Shown here piece by piece: positions 63,401 to 64,000 of a stretch of 64,000 bases of DNA; position 1 is the first letter of the stretch, and every line of letters starts with the position of its first letter. Source of the DNA: Verrucomicrobiia bacterium (lineage in GTDB: Bacteria > Verrucomicrobiota > Verrucomicrobiia > Limisphaerales > UBA8199); assembly GCA_035946615.1 (NCBI GenBank), contig DASYZB010000008.1, forward strand, positions 40,273 to 104,272, read 5' to 3'. A program made the translations under genes and the position numbers. A model generated the notes under the pieces. It was not told where the DNA came from. It did no database searches and saw only the letters and a program-made list of their open reading frames with translations.

Positions 63401-64000
63401 AGGTCACGCGCGAGTTCGATAGCATCGGGCGCCGCACCATGTTGCTCAGCGGCCGCCGCGTCCAGCAGCTCGACCTGATTCTCCTGGCCATCGAAGACAT
63501 CACCGCGCGGAAAGAAGCCGAGGAAATCGCGCGCAGGTCCAAAGAGGCGATGACCCGCTATGCCTCTGACCTCGAAGGCTTTTCCTATTCCCTCGCCCAC
63601 GACATGCGCGCCCCGCTCCGCGCCATGCGCAGTTTCGCCTCGCTGATCGAGCAAGCGGAGGGCGAACGCCTCAGCCCCGAAAGCCGCGACTTTCTCGAGC
63701 GAATCGGCACCTCCGCCGTTCGCCTGGATGAACTGATCCGGGATGCCCTCAGCTACGCCAAAGCCGTCCGAGAAGAGTTGCCCTTGCAGCCCGTGGACGT
63801 CTGTCAGCTACTGCGCGGCATGGTCCAGGCCTATCCCAATCTCCAACCCTCCGAAGCCGACGTCATCATCGACTGCGACGGAGCCGCCCGTGTCCTCGGC
63901 AACCACGCCGGCCTCGTCCAGTGCTTCTCCAACCTCCTGGGCAACGCCGTCAAATTCGTCCCTCGCGGGGCCAAGCCCTGGGTGCGCGTCTGGACTGAAG
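60469..64000 (+). CDS. CheB-CheR fusion / PAS / histidine kinase, 3' end outside the window; absent from the ORF track
   Basis: My hand translation from ATG 60469 gives [13 protein letters not shown]...[41 protein letters not shown] (CheB-like). Then comes [11 protein letters not shown]...[16 protein letters not shown] (CheR SAM site), a coiled coil [24 protein letters not shown], PAS-like blocks, the H-box [16 protein letters not shown] and the N-box [11 protein letters not shown]. An in-frame stop lies at 60370-60372 upstream. The frame is open to 64000. Confidence 0.85.
   Translation, partial: [1177 protein letters not shown]

Noticed and set aside
61330-63654. 774-aa minus-strand ORF, the longest unassigned ORF in the track.
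   Set aside because: It is antisense to a plus-strand frame that carries ordered CheR, PAS, HisKA and HATPase motifs. Its own sequence is a low-information Ala/Gly/Glu/Arg mix with no motif. This is a typical high-GC shadow ORF.

Overview
This 64-kb window is high-GC and densely coding. It looks like chromosomal DNA from a PVC-type bacterium, probably Verrucomicrobiota-like. That placement is an inference from gene content: giant Calx-beta/DUF11 exoproteins, a sulfatase, Tat-exported Gfo/Idh/MocA and aldo-keto reductases, and several families of short palindromic intergenic repeats. All coordinates were indexed by hand and no searches were run.

Layout:
- 1-15007: two adjacent giant secreted repeat proteins. 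The first is cut by the window edge. The second carries an S53 sedolisin protease head.
- 15.2-17.4 kb: housekeeping genes (coaE, a MOSC protein, an RluA-type pseudouridine synthase).
- 17.6-30 kb: a glycan-oriented cluster with a secreted unknown, a sulfatase, an 814-aa-ORF unknown, an 11-repeat PD40-type propeller protein, two tandem GT-C membrane glycosyltransferases and a pectate-lyase-like protein.
- 30.5-33.7 kb: a Tat-exported oxidoreductase and a DUF885 lipoprotein.
- 33.7-36.9 kb: a two-gene operon that I read as an atypical MotA/ExbB plus MotB/ExbD-like stator, with a coiled-coil stalk and a trypsin-fold head. This is my best candidate for an undescribed system.
- 37.1-38.2 kb: an ECF sigma factor and an RsrA-like ZAS anti-sigma factor, separated by a hairpin element.
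- 38.3-40.3 kb: a secreted TPR protein with an extreme Gly/Arg/Ser/Tyr low-complexity tail.
- 41.5-48.1 kb: thioredoxin, two small membrane proteins, and an OMF-MFP-RND efflux operon.
- 48.1-55.2 kb: miaB, a Tat-exported aldo-keto reductase, a receiver-PAS-PP2C regulator, and a LysR/SnoaL/WrbA group.
- 55.2-56.0 kb: about 840 bp of decayed or non-coding sequence.
- 56.0-59.4 kb: a cysteine desulfurase gene divergent from an operon of an ArsR-rhodanese regulator, a thiol-methyltransferase-like enzyme and a nucleoside phosphorylase.
- 59.5-60.3 kb: a low-GC scar holding a relaxase fragment and an SNF2 helicase fragment.
- 60469 to the window end: a CheB-CheR-PAS-histidine kinase gene on the plus strand. 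It is missing from the ORF track because it has no stop codon inside the window.

I found no rRNA, tRNA or CRISPR array by eye. Many long ORFs in the track are antisense shadows of real genes, which is typical of high-GC DNA, and several track ORFs carry spurious N-terminal extensions.
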